Below, piece by piece: positions 1-14,245 of a stretch of 64,000 bases of DNA (position 1 is its first letter; each line of letters opens with the position of its first letter). This DNA comes from Fistulifera solaris (taxonomy: Eukaryota). The notes under the pieces are model-generated. The model was not told the origin of the DNA. It did no database searches and worked only from the letters and a program-made list of their open reading frames with translations. The stretch lies in the NCBI GenBank assembly GCA_030295235.1, contig AP026123.1:1240001-1304000 (forward strand), read 5' to 3'. A program made the translations under genes and the position numbers.

Positions 1-1297
1 ACTCGACAAACCAGTTGTGTCAAATCGAAGCAACAAGCGGTGGCGAGCAGCTGGAGACCTGCTACGCGTGCCGTGAAGGCTACATCGAGCTTGGCAGGGC
101 AATGGACTCGGCTGGCTGTATCGATCTTTCTACTTTAGATCTTGACTCGTTTATCGAGCGTTTCAAGGCTCAGTTTAACGCCGAAGAGTCTCTAGTCACC
201 AACGAAGAGCGTCTGGAATTGCTACAGGCTGTAGCGAGCTACGTTTCTCAGCACAATGCCCAACAACCTCCTCCTGCATTCTTTTTTAGGATTGAATAAA
301 TTTTCGGCTGACAACAAAGACGAAGCGAAGCAGATACGAGGATATAAGCAAACGGACGACCCAGCTGTTCTTCAAGACCTTCCGCTTTATCAGTTTGGCG
401 ATGAAGATGATATTCCTCCCGATGCGGTTGATTGGGTTGCGCAAGGAGCTGTTACCAGCGTGAAAGATCAGGGCCGGTGTGGTTGTTGCTGGGCTGTTGC
501 TGCAGTAGGTGTTATCGAAGGCGCGGCAGCAATAACTTCCAACTATTCTTATCTACAAAGTGTCAGTTTTCAGCAAATGATCTCGTGCAGCGATGTGTAC
601 AATCAAGGATGTGACGGCGGATTACCTGGGCTAGCGCTGTTGTATTCTATAGCAAACCAGTATGGTGGTATGTCAATCCTCAATGACTATGGATTCTCCG
701 ATGAGCGAGGAGAAACAACAACGGAGTGCAAAATGACTGAAGATTTACTGAAGGTCGTTATTGAAGAACCTTCATTGGTGGTTTCATCAAGCGTTCCCGA
801 GTCATTTAATACGAGAATAAACAAGATGAAGAAAGCGGTAGCCAAAGGGCCCGTCAGTGTAGCAATGAAATCAAATTGTAAAGAAATGAGCTCCTACAGA
901 AGCGGAATCCTAACCTCTGATGGTGATTGCGCGTGCAGTCCTGATATGGGTTACTGTCTCGACCACGCTATCCTAATGGTAGGCTACAACGATTCGCACA
1001 ATCCCCCCTTATTGGAAGCTGAAGAACAGCTGGTCGACGGACTGGGGCGAAGACGGCTATTTTCGCATCGCGCAAGCAAACCCATCAGGGAACTTCTCTT
1101 GGGGGTTGTTTGGTGTTCTTGCTGAAGGATCCATGGTGAAACAAGCGTTCAACAGTACGGAAGGGACGTTCGATATACCACAAGAAACAGATCTACTTCC
1201 CATGTGGGCGATCATCTTCATAACAGCTTTGGCGGGTCTCATTTGTGCGACGATCTGTTCTTTTGCAGTCAATAAACTAAGAAGTAAGGAACAGTAA
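1..1297 (+). CDS. Papain-family (C1A) cysteine protease with I29-like propeptide and C-terminal TM anchor; 5'-partial, two frameshifts
   Basis: VDW..GAVTSVKDQGRCGCCWA (catalytic Cys), GCDGG, DHAILMVGY (His). Removing one base at the C run ~1003-1008 restores YWKLKNSWSTDWGEDGYFRI (Asn) and joins ORF 1106-1297, which has a hydrophobic C-terminal helix. A second shift in the T run ~282-287 joins the propeptide ORF 15-299. Confidence 0.9.
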
Positions 1298-1299
1298 AA

Positions 1300-2471
1300 T
1301 CACCAAAATTTCCACCATGACATTCTGGCTTTTGTTGTGTTTCCAGAATCTTCTGTTTGAGCAGTAGGGCTGGGTACCGGTACCTCATCCTCGTGCACAT
1401 TCTCAGTATCTATATCCCTGTTAACTCGTGTCGCCGTTTGCTTTTGAAAATCTTTTCCATCATTTCTTGACTCAATTGCTGAGGACACCTGCTCTCGAGA
1501 CAGAGAAGAAACAGTGCTTTTGATCATCTGGACCCACTCCGAAACATGAAAAGTATCTAATAAACTTCCAGCAGTTTGCGGCGATTCAGACTCTCTTTTT
1601 TCTTCTTCCCATTTCGATCTGATATCAGCCATGGCTCTATTTCGAATACCACTTTGTTTGGAATCAGCACCGTCCTCTATTGACGTGTCGATCCCAAGCC
1701 GACGTTCTAATTGTTGAATGCGACGAAGCAGAGTCTCGGTAGAAACTTCATCTGAATTGTGTTGCGTTGTAGTCGTGATTAGCGGTGGTTTTGTGTCAGC
1801 TCTAGTGGTTTCCTTTTCACTACTAGTTTCCGTTTCACCTTCAGGGGATGCTTTTCCTAAAACCAGGTTGCGAACGACGTTCAAGGGTGACCATGATAAA
1901 CCATCCTTCGCTCCATGTTCCTCATTATTTGGATGCTCACTCAAAATCAGCTGCTTCTCTTGTCGTTCTCTTTGCTGCTTCCGGTACTTTTCGACGAGAG
2001 GTTTTCCTCGCAATTCACAGAATGTGGCAATCAACACGGCGGGTAGTAACGCAAAGGCGATATTCCAGGCCCACCATCGAGCATCCATCACGACATCTAA
2101 CCGGTTGGGTCGTTTGTGTTGCAATGATAAATAGTCTGGATTCCAGTTCTGATATATTTTGTTTCGAAAAAGGACAAGCGACTTTGGGCTAGTTCGAGCA
2201 ACTGATTCGCTTTTGCCTGTGAAAACGCGTCCGACGGCAGCTGATTTTTTTCCAATAACACACGCATGCGGTCTCTTGTAGTTTTGTTCAAATCGAAATA
2301 CATCTTCAGTCTCGACTTCTTCCGACTTTTCGCTTTCATAGTCGATGAAGTGGAAAACGTGGCCCTATTCTCAAATAATTTGTTAAACAGCCGAGGAATG
2401 CCGACTCGAACTCGACGCTCTTGAAGGATTGAGACAATGCTTCGCTCTGTGATTAAAGTTGATCGCTGCAT
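1300..2471 (-). CDS. Hypothetical single-pass membrane protein, possibly mitochondrial; frameshift ~2125-2170
   Basis: ORFs 2097-2471 (R/S/T-rich N-terminus) and 1300-2124 (TM segment WWAWNIAFALLPAVLIATFC, coiled-coil, ends SWWKFW) overlap on the same strand. Confidence 0.55.
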
Positions 2472-2859
2472 AATATTACTACCGTGGAACTGCGGCGGAC
2501 TTGTTCAAACAACTATTTATGCATTATACAACCTGACTTGATTATTCAAGTAATAATGATGAAACAGCATACCTATAGTAGCGTAACAATGATCAGCAAT
2601 CTTTTCGAACGGCGGTGTGAAACGCAGAGCTCATAATGCTTCGTGACTGCAATTAGTCGTAAAAAAAGTAAAATACACTGTGAGCCTATAGTAGATCGGG
2701 ATACGATCGATCCGCAAAACGATTTCGACACAGGGAACAGAAGCGTGCGTTGCAAATACTAATTTGCGATACCACCAATTGCGGGTAACCAAACTGAGCG
2801 ACCAAACAATGTGTTTGGATAGCATTTCAAATCGGTAAAATCATATTTACAAACGGATT

Positions 2860-3872
2860 GACGCAGTCATGACAGAAATCCAGTCGTGAAATGGTCCAAC
2901 AAACAGATTGGATCATAGTAAAAACATGAAGGTCAGGACTCGAAGACATTGCCGGCTGAAATCGCAGTTGCGCGGTATTCCCAAGGTGAGACTATAATTA
3001 GCCTTACATCTATTATTGCAATGAGACTATAATCAAACGCGATAAAGACAATAATTCGCTGCAGGCTTCATGTACAAAAGGATCGATGCAGTCTGAGTCT
3101 GATGACTGAAATCCAATCGTGGATTCGTACAACCAACTTTTTGGATCATAGTAAAAACATGAAGGTCAGGATTCGAGAGCATTGGCGGTTGAAATCGCGA
3201 TTGCGTGAAATTTCCAAGGTAAGATCATAATAAGCTGTAGATCTTTTATTGTATTGAAACTATAATCAAACGCGATAAAGACAATAATTCGCTGCAGGCT
3301 GCATGTACAAAAGGATCGATGCAGCCTGAGTCTGATGACTGAAATCCAATCGTGGATTCGTACAACCAACTTTTGGATCATAGTAAAAACATGAAGGTCA
3401 GGATTCGAGAGCATTGACGACTGAGAAATCGCAATTGCGTGAAATTTCCAAGGTAAGATCATAACTAGCTTTGGGTCTCTTGTTGTAATGAGACTATAAT
3501 CAAACGCGAAGACAACAAAATCGCGCTGCAGGCTGCATGTGCAAAAGCATTTTTCTCATGGCTGAAATCCAATCGTGGATTCGTACAACCAACTGTTTGG
3601 ATCATAGTAAAAACATGAAGGTCAGGATTCGAGAGCATTGGCGGCTGAAATCGCAATTGCGCGAAATTCCAAGGTGAGAGCATAACTAGCTTTGGGTCTC
3701 TTGTTGTAATGTGAGACTATAATCAAACGCGAAGACAACAAAATCGCGCTGCAGGCTGCATGTACAAAAGGATTGATGCAGTCTCAAGACTGAAATCCAG
3801 TCGTGGGTTGGTACAACCAACTGTTTGGATCATAGTAAATACATGAAGGTCAGCAAGGATTCGAGAGCATTT
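2860..3872. repeat. Tandem repeat, ~4.5 units of ~224-233 bp
   Basis: The anchor GATCATAGTAAA(A/T)ACATGAAGGTCAG recurs at 2911, 3144, 3376, 3600 and 3828; the intervening sequence is also homologous. Confidence 0.95.
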
Positions 3873-4006
3873 GCGTTGGCGGCAGACACAACATGACGGT
3901 GCGATACATCGCAATTTGTTGTATTGGTATTGCCTCGTACCACAACTTCTGCATAATAAACGCATAGCTACTTTGATTCTTTCTCGAACGTAGCGTACGG
4001 TCACCC

Positions 4007-5881
4007 ATGAGGCGCGCTAGAAGAGAAAGTACGATCGAGCTTCCCTCGTTCGCCAAACTGGTCAAACCCCGACGGCGCAATCGATTGCAGGTCCCTCTGT
4101 CACTTCCAGAACACGAGCAATACCTGCGGACTCGTTCCTTCTATTTTCTGAGTCGACAAATCGATCTCGCGTGGCAAGAAACGTTGGAAGAAGCATCCGA
4201 GCCATTTCATGAAGCTCTTGATTGTATGCTACAAAAAGAGACCGTATCGGCGGAGACGACGACAATACAATCTACAGACCAATCGATTACTTTAAACTGC
4301 GAGTCGGAGAAGAAGATTAACAACAATTCGTTTGTGTTCGAGTCTATAAGTCATACTCTTTCGAGGCTGCTTTTACCCATTCTAGCAGTCCATGGCCCTC
4401 CTTACCTTCTCGATCGTAACGACTGGATGCATCATTTGGTACACGCCACCAAAACCAGACGCCCGACTTGTTGTACGGTTTGGCTTCGATCAAGCTTTGC
4501 TGTAAACATTTCCTTGCAAGAAGAACTACGGAGCCAATGCTTTCATCAAGAACCAGATTTGCCTGCGTCGTTACAGAATGTGGACCGAAAACCAATCACA
4601 GAGACATTGGTAGAGTGGGCTCGAGAAACTTCCCGTTTTCACGAAATAGTCGTCTTTTTAGACGTGGATCTCAATTTTTCTGACTCTGAAAATCAAGACT
4701 TCATCCATTGGATGACCGAACGACGGTCGATTGAAGGGTTACCGTTGAACCTCGTTCTTCTCGTTCCTCATGGCATCGGACGTTGCCTTGATTTCCAATC
4801 GACGTCCCAAGGCAATGGTATTCGAATGAATCATATCCGTCTGTCATCTTCAGAGGATATGATGGAGAAATTTTCTGCAAACCTCTACCTCCGCCACGAT
4901 TTCCCCATTCTGTTTCCGGCAGAGACGGCACAGAGTCTGGAGGAATCGTTTCGGGATCACAACAGGTCTCCGAATGATGTTATGCAAAAATTGAAGGCTG
5001 TACTCGCGCATGTATTCTGTCAGCGTTGGTCTTTTCTTCTGGGCAGCGCTCCAGATGATAGAGCCCGCGTTCGCTGGTTTCTGAATTGTACTGCAGGCAG
5101 AGCAATGGCGCCTGATGTAATATCGAGTGATAAAGTACTGCTTCAAAAGTGGCTGAACGATCTCATCATACACCGACGAGTGGGTTGCATCGCGATGCGG
5201 CTGAATTCGGTCTTACGGCAGGGCGAGAATAGGGAGGCAACGCCGCTGCTATTTATACCAGGTCGAAAGTATAATGACAAACCAGCGTCAACTTTTTCCG
5301 AGGAAGAAAAGCGACGAGCATTTCACTTTCTCATCGAACAACGAATTAATTTGAGGCCTCTTTCGACCGATAATCCCGCCAAAGATGATGCTTCGGTGCA
5401 AGAATTCGATGCATTGAACGAGCTCATCATTCTATGCGCAGCATCCGCCTCGCAAACAGACATGCTACGAAGTTTAGCTGAGGTCCAGCGTGCATGGAGT
5501 GATCATATTTCTGTGTTTGTTTCGTTTGAACAGTTGTCGACATCAACACGTATACAGCCTCGACGCCAATTTCTTCGTGGATTCATGCAGAGCTTGAACA
5601 CCACGAACGACTTTAACCTTGTGACGATCGCTGCGCAAATGTTTGAGTTATTTGATGATCGTGTCTCAATATCGCAGAACGAGTGGTTCGTGTTGTTTCG
5701 TAATGCTGTTGCCGCGGACGTTTCTCAACAAAAGGCGCTCGAGTGGTTCGCCTACGGATTCTTGCACCTGAAGCTTTGCGGATTGCTAAAAACACGCAAC
5801 CTGAATCAGAAATCTGAGGTTCGCTACGAAAAAGCAATGGTCATTTGGTGCTATTCTAGGAAATCCATTGCTCGAAAATAG
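4007..5881 (+). CDS. ORC3: Origin recognition complex subunit 3-like protein
   Basis: 624-aa ORF. The C-terminal pattern AAQMFELF..ISQNEWFVLF...FAYGFLHLKLCGLLK resembles the ORC3 winged helix; the central DFIHWM..GLPLNLVL and SFRDHNRS..VMQKLKAVLAHVF segments resemble ORC3_N. Confidence 0.65.
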   Translation: MRRARRESTIELPSFAKLVKPRRRNRLQVPLSLPEHEQYLRTRSFYFLSRQIDLAWQETLEEASEPFHEALDCMLQKETVSAETTTIQSTDQSITLNCESEKKINNNSFVFESISHTLSRLLLPILAVHGPPYLLDRNDWMHHLVHATKTRRPTCCTVWLRSSFAVNISLQEELRSQCFHQEPDLPASLQNVDRKPITETLVEWARETSRFHEIVVFLDVDLNFSDSENQDFIHWMTERRSIEGLPLNLVLLVPHGIGRCLDFQSTSQGNGIRMNHIRLSSSEDMMEKFSANLYLRHDFPILFPAETAQSLEESFRDHNRSPNDVMQKLKAVLAHVFCQRWSFLLGSAPDDRARVRWFLNCTAGRAMAPDVISSDKVLLQKWLNDLIIHRRVGCIAMRLNSVLRQGENREATPLLFIPGRKYNDKPASTFSEEEKRRAFHFLIEQRINLRPLSTDNPAKDDASVQEFDALNELIILCAASASQTDMLRSLAEVQRAWSDHISVFVSFEQLSTSTRIQPRRQFLRGFMQSLNTTNDFNLVTIAAQMFELFDDRVSISQNEWFVLFRNAVAADVSQQKALEWFAYGFLHLKLCGLLKTRNLNQKSEVRYEKAMVIWCYSRKSIARK

Positions 5882-6018
5882 AAAACAATAAATCTGGGAC
5901 ACTTTCTCATGCTGAGCATTAAATGAAAGTAGTTTTATTTCTTACGATAGACTTTCCAAAAGCCAATGGCAAGGGAACTCAAACGGTACCTTCTTCGTTA
6001 TAAATAATCACAATAAGT

Positions 6019-7793
<1,775 letters not shown>

Positions 7794-9443
7794 GACGAAG
7801 AAGCTTTCAACAGGCACCGATTGCTTCTCTGTTGTGGAATTTCAGGGACTAGAGATTGACGAAAGAATTTTCGCTCCTCTCTCTCATTAAATCGTTTGAT
7901 TCCTGTCAATATATAAACCAAGTCGACGAATGTATCCTTGCTTAGACAGTCAGCAGCGAAAAAGTGATATTTCTCTCAAAACTGCCGATCGTCACAATAT
8001 CGACGATATTCCACGCGTTTTTAATCCCCACGTCTCGCTGCCTTATGCTAAGATTGTAGCTACAGAACGATTCTAGCAAAGCCTCGGTTCAACAATTTTT
8101 CTCCGCAAAAACGACTCTTCCTGAGTTAACGTTGGTTGTTAAAAAGATGTATTTCAAGGAAAAAAGGTACGCATTATTGACGAGGAACTGTGATGGCTCG
8201 ATCGATTGACACGATACACGCGAAGACGACAAGAACAAACCTGCGGGGCGGGCCCGCAAACATCGCACTGTCGCATAGAGTACAGTCACGAGACGCTCGC
8301 CAATCCCCACACGCGGAGGAAATTATTATGAGTACATAACAGAATGGAAATTTTGATCTTAGAGGAATTCAAAGCCGGCCCACTTAAAACTTCCAATTCA
8401 ATGTATACACACTCGCCGAATGACGTTTGGTATTTAAAAGACGAGAATGTCAACGACATTGAGAAAACGCTGCATAAGTATAAACTTGAACTGGTTTTGA
8501 AGGTATGATTCCAAATAAGGGAAAGAACGCTCTTTAAGAATACTTAGAGGAAAAGTTGTCCGTTGAGATTTGTAATACGCAAAATCTCCACCCCACACCC
8601 CACGCCCACGAGGAACACCAAACACGACTGACATGTTTCACGATAGTTATGCATCGTTGCATCGTTCAATGGGGCCTCTCAAACACATTGATTAAAGCTA
8701 TTATTCCTAGGAGTTGCTATTCCGGCAAAAGTTTAGTGTGTTTTGCGGCGTAAATGCAACTAGAAAACTATGTCAGCCGTATTTTTCTAACATGCAACCT
8801 CACTAGCAAAAAGCAGCTACTAGCTCAAGCTCGAAGTTACTGATGTGTTGGACAGAGTCATTAATGCGAGTCGACAGAGGGCTTTTAGATCAATCTGTTT
8901 ATCCATCAAGTATAATTAAAGGATATCTTCACGCAACTCGTTAATCGCCAACCAGCTGAAAGTGTGCAGTGTCAATAATCTAATTCAACGCTGTTATTCT
9001 TACGAGAAAAGGTTACCATTTCCGCAGAGTATTTGATAGCTTTAGTAATTTATCACCAAAAAGACAAGCCAAATGTGTTAGGAGCTGTTTTCTCCGTTGC
9101 GAACTCTAAGATATCTTTTCTACGGATGGGAACGTATGAAGCTCCCTCCCTATTCCTTTTCAATCTAAACAGTGATCCCCTTGTAATATTATCATCTAGA
9201 TGCCTTTTACATGGTTATCCTTTGAGCAAGCGGTTTGGACACAGGCCAGCATCATTTACCGAACGCAAATGACCAAAGAAAATTCTGATATCTTAGCCCA
9301 CTACCCGTACGACATCTGAAGATCGTGAAACATTTTATACGCGCGCGTGTTTATCCCGCACAGCGTTTTCGACGTTCGATTTTGCAACAACAAAAACAAT
9401 TTGCTTTTGATCGTAATTGTTGCTCTTATTGACTTGCCTAATT

Positions 9444-10420
9444 ATGAACGATGAATCCATGGAGATCGTTAAAGCCGGAGAATATGACGTGCTTCTTGGT
9501 AGAGGAAAACAGATAAGCGAATGGCCAGGCAATGTTCATTTTCGACAAGTGGTCAACAAGTTTAGAGTCGAATACGTAACAGCAAACAGAGATTCGAAAG
9601 TCAGCATTGCGAAACGAGTAATTGCTCTTATACACAAAGATGGCGGGCGATTTCTTCAAGAAACTGAGCCAGGAAGTGGCGATTACTACAGTATTTCCAA
9701 AGCGCGAGCTGTAGAAAAATGCTGCCAGGCTCTACGAGAAAAGCAGATATTGAATCCGCCGCAAGGGTACCCCATTGCAAAGTTAACGAAAAGACGAGAA
9801 AGTTCAGGAAGAATTTTGAGTAATTCATCGAAGAAGATTAAGGCCTCGCCAGTCAATGCGGGGGTGAAGAAGTCCAAGAAAGCTTCTCCAGTGACTTTAA
9901 AATCGCAGGTGAAGAAACCAAAGCGGAAGTATGCTCGTAAAACGTCTTCTGTGGTTTTATCTGAAGGCAGCAAGAAATCGCCAGATAGCAAGGAAGACTT
10001 GAATCAGAGTCGAATGAGCCCTGTACGATCATTTTCACCCGAGAGAGCCGACGCTCAAGTGAATGTCTCAGAAAACAACCAAAAGACAAAGAAAGACCCA
10101 TGCATTCCACTACAAAAGGACATTTTGTTACTGATGCAATCACCAATGGATCGCTTGAAAAACTTGGTGCAAAAGAAATGTTGGGTCGATTAGATGTCTT
10201 TATCCAAGAGTATCGTCACGCCGCCGTGCCACCTGGATGGCCTCGCGACCCCGATTTAGCGGATTGGTGCACGATTCGGCGTCAACACTTTCGTATGGCA
10301 AAGACAGGGTATGCGGAACTTAGTTCCGAAGAAGCCGATTTACTGAAGAGTCTAAACTCGCTGAACTTTGTGTGGGACCATGATGAATGGTTGAAAAGTC
10401 AGAGAGCGCATACACGGTAG
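9444..10420 (+). CDS. DUF6824 + helicase-associated (HA) domain protein; frameshift ~10100-10150
   Basis: DVLLGRG...PGNVHFRQVV...KVSIAKRVIALIHKDGGRFL...KCCQALRE (DUF6824). Overlapping ORF 10100-10420 has F..EYRHAAVP..DPDLADWC..RR...LNSLNFVWD (HA). Confidence 0.8.
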
Positions 10421-10678
10421 TGCTCTGCAAAGCCCAACTAATCACGTAGGACAGGAAAAGACTGTCGTTCTGGATGCATTGCAAAATAAAATCAAGTTAA
10501 TTTATTTATACGTCGTTCTTAGAAAAATATTCCGAGTATTGTTGATTGCTTTGGGATGCAACGCTAAAATTTCTATCCAGCATTACCGATACGGCGTTAA
10601 TGCCCACATACCCAGCTTAAACAACCCATCACCACTATCAGATGGCCTTCTGTCGAGTTTAACAGGCTACCTTTGGTT

Positions 10679-11305
10679 TCAAGTGGGGCCCCTTGCCATG
10701 AGAGAAATTCCTGCCTCCTCGTCGGCGTCATCGTCAGTAGTAACAATATCACCTTTCGGCGGAAATCTTCCGTCTCGAATCAAAGATGCCACTAGCGTGT
10801 CTGATCCTACTGCTGTCGTGACTGCTATAGCGCTGCCCAGAACAACTCGGCCTCCCCAGAACAGTTGCGTCGGCTGCACAAAATTACCCCTGCGTTTCGC
10901 GCTGCGAGGTTTCTCTTCACCTGTAACCGACCGATGATCCACTAACAGCTCAGAGGTTCCTTCTTCTAGAGTCAGCACAACGCAATCAGCAGGAACTACA
11001 TCCCCTTCTTCCAAACGAATGATATCACCAATCACCAACGATGCAGCGTCGTATCGAATCCATTTTCCGTTTCTTTTGAGTTCAGCGTCGTCCGGTTTGA
11101 TGCGCGCAAAAGCTTGCATGCTCGGAACGTGGTTGATACACGGTAATAAACAACACACCCATGACGGGCAATTGATAGGCGGCTCAACCGTGTTGAACGA
11201 GCCCTGTTTCTCGCGCCGGGCTGCGGCTTCGTCCGTTGTAAGCCCTTTTTCAACATCTGCTTTGACACTCGCGACAAGTTCCTGCTGAGCCTGTGAAAGC
11301 TGCAT
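10679..11305 (-). CDS. Stand-alone P-type ATPase N-terminal + actuator (A) domain protein, 208 aa
   Basis: GLTTDEAAARR..GSFN (Cation_ATPase_N), LVIGDIIRLEEGDVVPADC, VDHRSVTGE, AVVTAVG-like AVTTAVGSDT. It has no TM helices and no DKTGT P-domain. Confidence 0.8.
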   Translation of the reverse strand: MQLSQAQQELVASVKADVEKGLTTDEAAARREKQGSFNTVEPPINCPSWVCCLLPCINHVPSMQAFARIKPDDAELKRNGKWIRYDAASLVIGDIIRLEEGDVVPADCVVLTLEEGTSELLVDHRSVTGEEKPRSAKRRGNFVQPTQLFWGGRVVLGSAIAVTTAVGSDTLVASLIRDGRFPPKGDIVTTDDDADEEAGISLMARGPT

Positions 11306-11841
11306 TGCTGTTGTTAATCAGAAGAAAGATGGAAGCCATGAACAAGGAAAGCAAGGCAATTTTACTGCGATGCAATAAAAGAAAACGACGCATAAGCAAC
11401 CTTTACGATTCATGACTGAAATGCTTCAGTCGTTGTTAAGTTCAACAACACTATGGTCAATAGTCGAAACAGAAAACACCGACGTTATCAAGTGTGGCGT
11501 TCATTGCAATTGCTAGTGAAGTTAACCGATTTAAGATGAAGTAGATTCTGTCTTGCAACTTACAAGGCTACTCAGCAGTAGGTCGAACGGAGCATCATTC
11601 GCAACCAGGCTCGAAAAGATTATGATCATGACGAGTAAAGTCGCGCCTCGGGTCTATAGTGAGAACACGAAACACATTACGAGGCGGAAATGATGGTCAT
11701 TCAAGTGTGTGAACAATTAACTGATTGCTTCAAGTGTAGCAAAAACAGAGAAAGAAAGAAGCAAGCTGAATATATTCGTTTAAAACACACTTAATTGACT
11801 TGGAACTACCCTTCGTGTCAATTGAATCATAAAATCAAAGC

Positions 11842-13453
11842 TTAGAAGCACTTTCGGTGCACGATGGAAGGACCAGACTCGTCGTATTCTTCCTTGCTGA
11901 TCCACATGCTCTGGAAAGTAGAGAGAGACGCCAAAATGGAACCTCCGATCCACACGGAGTATTTGCGTTCCGGAGGAGCCACAATCTTGACCTTGATCGA
12001 AGCAGGAGCCAAAGCAGTGATCTCCTTCGACATACGCTCGCTGATACCGGGGAACATGGTGGTACCTCCGGAAAGAACAATGTTGGCGTACAAGTCCTTG
12101 CGGATATCGACATCGCACTTCATGATGGTCTGGAAGGTGGAGTCGGCAATACCGTCCATTTCAAGACCCGTCAAGTTGGGCTGGAACAACACCTCCGGAC
12201 AACGGAAGCGCTCGTTACCGATCACGATGATGTTACCATCGGGAAGCTCGAAGGATTTCTCAAGAGCAGAAGACTCGGCAGCCTTCTTCATCTCTTCCTC
12301 AAAGTCAACAGCAACGAAGCACAAGGACTCCTTGATATCACGAACAATTTCTCGCTCGGCGGTGGTGGTGAGAGAGTAACCACGCTCGGTCAAGATCTTC
12401 ATCAAGTAGTCGGTCAAGTCACGTCCAGCAAGATCCAAACGGATCACAGCGTGGGGAAGAGCGTAACCCTCGTAGATGGGAACGGTGTGGGTGACACCAT
12501 CACCAGAGTCCAAAACGCAACCGGTGGTACGTCCAGAGGCGTAAAGGGACAAGACGGCCTGGATGTTCACATACATGGCAGGGACGTTGAATGTCTCGAA
12601 CATGATCTGGGTCATACGTTCGCGGTTGGCCTTGGGGTTCTGAGGAGCCTCGGTCAACAGAACAGGGTGGGCCTCGGGGGCGACACGGAGCTCATTGTAG
12701 AAGGTGTGGTGCCAGATCTTCTCCATGTCGTCCCAGTTGGTAACAATACCGTGCTCGATGGGGTATTTGAGCGTGAGAACACCTCGCTTGGCCTGGGCTT
12801 CGTCACCCACATAGGCATCACGTTGTTCCATACCAACCTACAAGCGCAAGACGAAGCAAAGGCGAAAGGCAAGAAGAGAAGTAAAAGAAGAGGGATAGCG
12901 TTAGACGTCGTTCAAATTCAAAGGGTGACACAGCTCTCGACAAATAGAAGAGCCACCGTCACCGTCGACGACTCACCATGATACCGGGCTGACGGGCACG
13001 ACCGATCAAAGAAGGGAAAACGGAGCGAGGGGCGTCATCTCCGGCGAAACCGGCTGTTGGAAGTCAAATAAAAGGTAGAAGAGGAAGAGAGGCAAAGTTA
13101 GAGAAGGTTTGCAAGTTTGTACGACGCATTGAATGTCGAAATGACCGCGTCATGCAAATGTCTTTTCGTCGCTCGTCAACAGTCAACGCGTTCCGTCTTT
13201 TTCGATGAAAGAAGCGTGAAATGACAGCAGCAGATCATTGCTGTCGACACAAATTGAAAGATGAAGGCTTATCGAGACAAGTCTTCACCCTTCAAAGATT
13301 GCGATCGCGTAGAAAAGCCGCCAGTCACCCAAAGACAGCTCACACAGACAACTGGTCGCAATTCGAAGCGACTTCGGCCGCTTTTGACTTACCTTTGCAC
13401 ATTCCAGAACCGTTGTCAACGACAAGGGCGGCAATATCTTCGTCATCAGCCAT
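11842..13453 (-). CDS. ACT: Actin, copy 1 (exons 13393-13453, 12977-13053, 11842-12837; 377 aa)
   Basis: [20 protein letters not shown] through [10 protein letters not shown]; canonical GT-AG introns give a 1134-nt CDS. Confidence 0.99.
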
Positions 13454-14245
13454 GGTGATAGTTTAGAGATTTGTTGCTAATACGAAACGTTTTTAGATTG
13501 CAGATCGCTTGGTCAAGCAAGTTTATGAGAGGTGCTTGATCTTTTTCGAATCTTGTCTCGTCGGCAACGTTCATCGATGACCGGAGCAATGACCTTTCTC
13601 ATCAAGATATCGGGTACACCAAGCTTCACAGTCAGACTTTCCGTTGAGAAATTTCCTAGACAAAAACGTTGCACAAGACCCTGTTTTGAACAAGATGTCA
13701 CATTCCATTCAAACCATAGGCTATTGAGTGCCGGTTACAAACATTGGACATGCGGTCATTATTTTTTAGCCGCTACCGTCTGTCGTCCGTCAAGCCTAAA
13801 CCCTAAACATACAACGAATGATAACGACCCTAACGCAACGACCCGAGAGCCTGCGAGGCTTGGGCTAGACCCGGACCAATGTAAAGAGGGTTCGACTATC
13901 AATAAATTTCCTGCTACTAACTGCTCTCAACCACATAGGAATCACTGAACTAAAATTAACGTAATTAGCTACAAAAATTGATATCAAAATGATAAGACGG
14001 CGTTGCTTTTCAAAATGGATTAGACAACCCTAGAGGAATTTCGCGCACTGGACTAACAAGCTTGTAATCTTAGCTCGTGCAACTAAAAGTGCAGCTAGAT
14101 TGGCGCAATCCCATCAGTATCGTCCCTGTTTATGCCCAATCTAAAAGTCTAGCAGCTGCTAGGAATCGAGTGACTGCCGCCCATAAACCAATCACAAACA
14201 GGTTGATATTAAACCAGTAGTTGGAAGTTTTATAACTTCGAACGG

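Noticed and set aside
3166..4004. Short ORFs within the 230-bp tandem repeat
   Set aside because: Frames are not maintained between units; they are by-products of the repeat.
11857..12981. 374-aa antisense ORF over actin (and its twin at 18656-19780)
   Set aside because: Shadow ORF produced by the codon bias of a highly expressed gene; it runs into an intron and has no recognisable domain.
13793..13833. Telomere-like CCTAAA/CCCTAA words
   Set aside because: Only two or three scattered units; compatible with chance.
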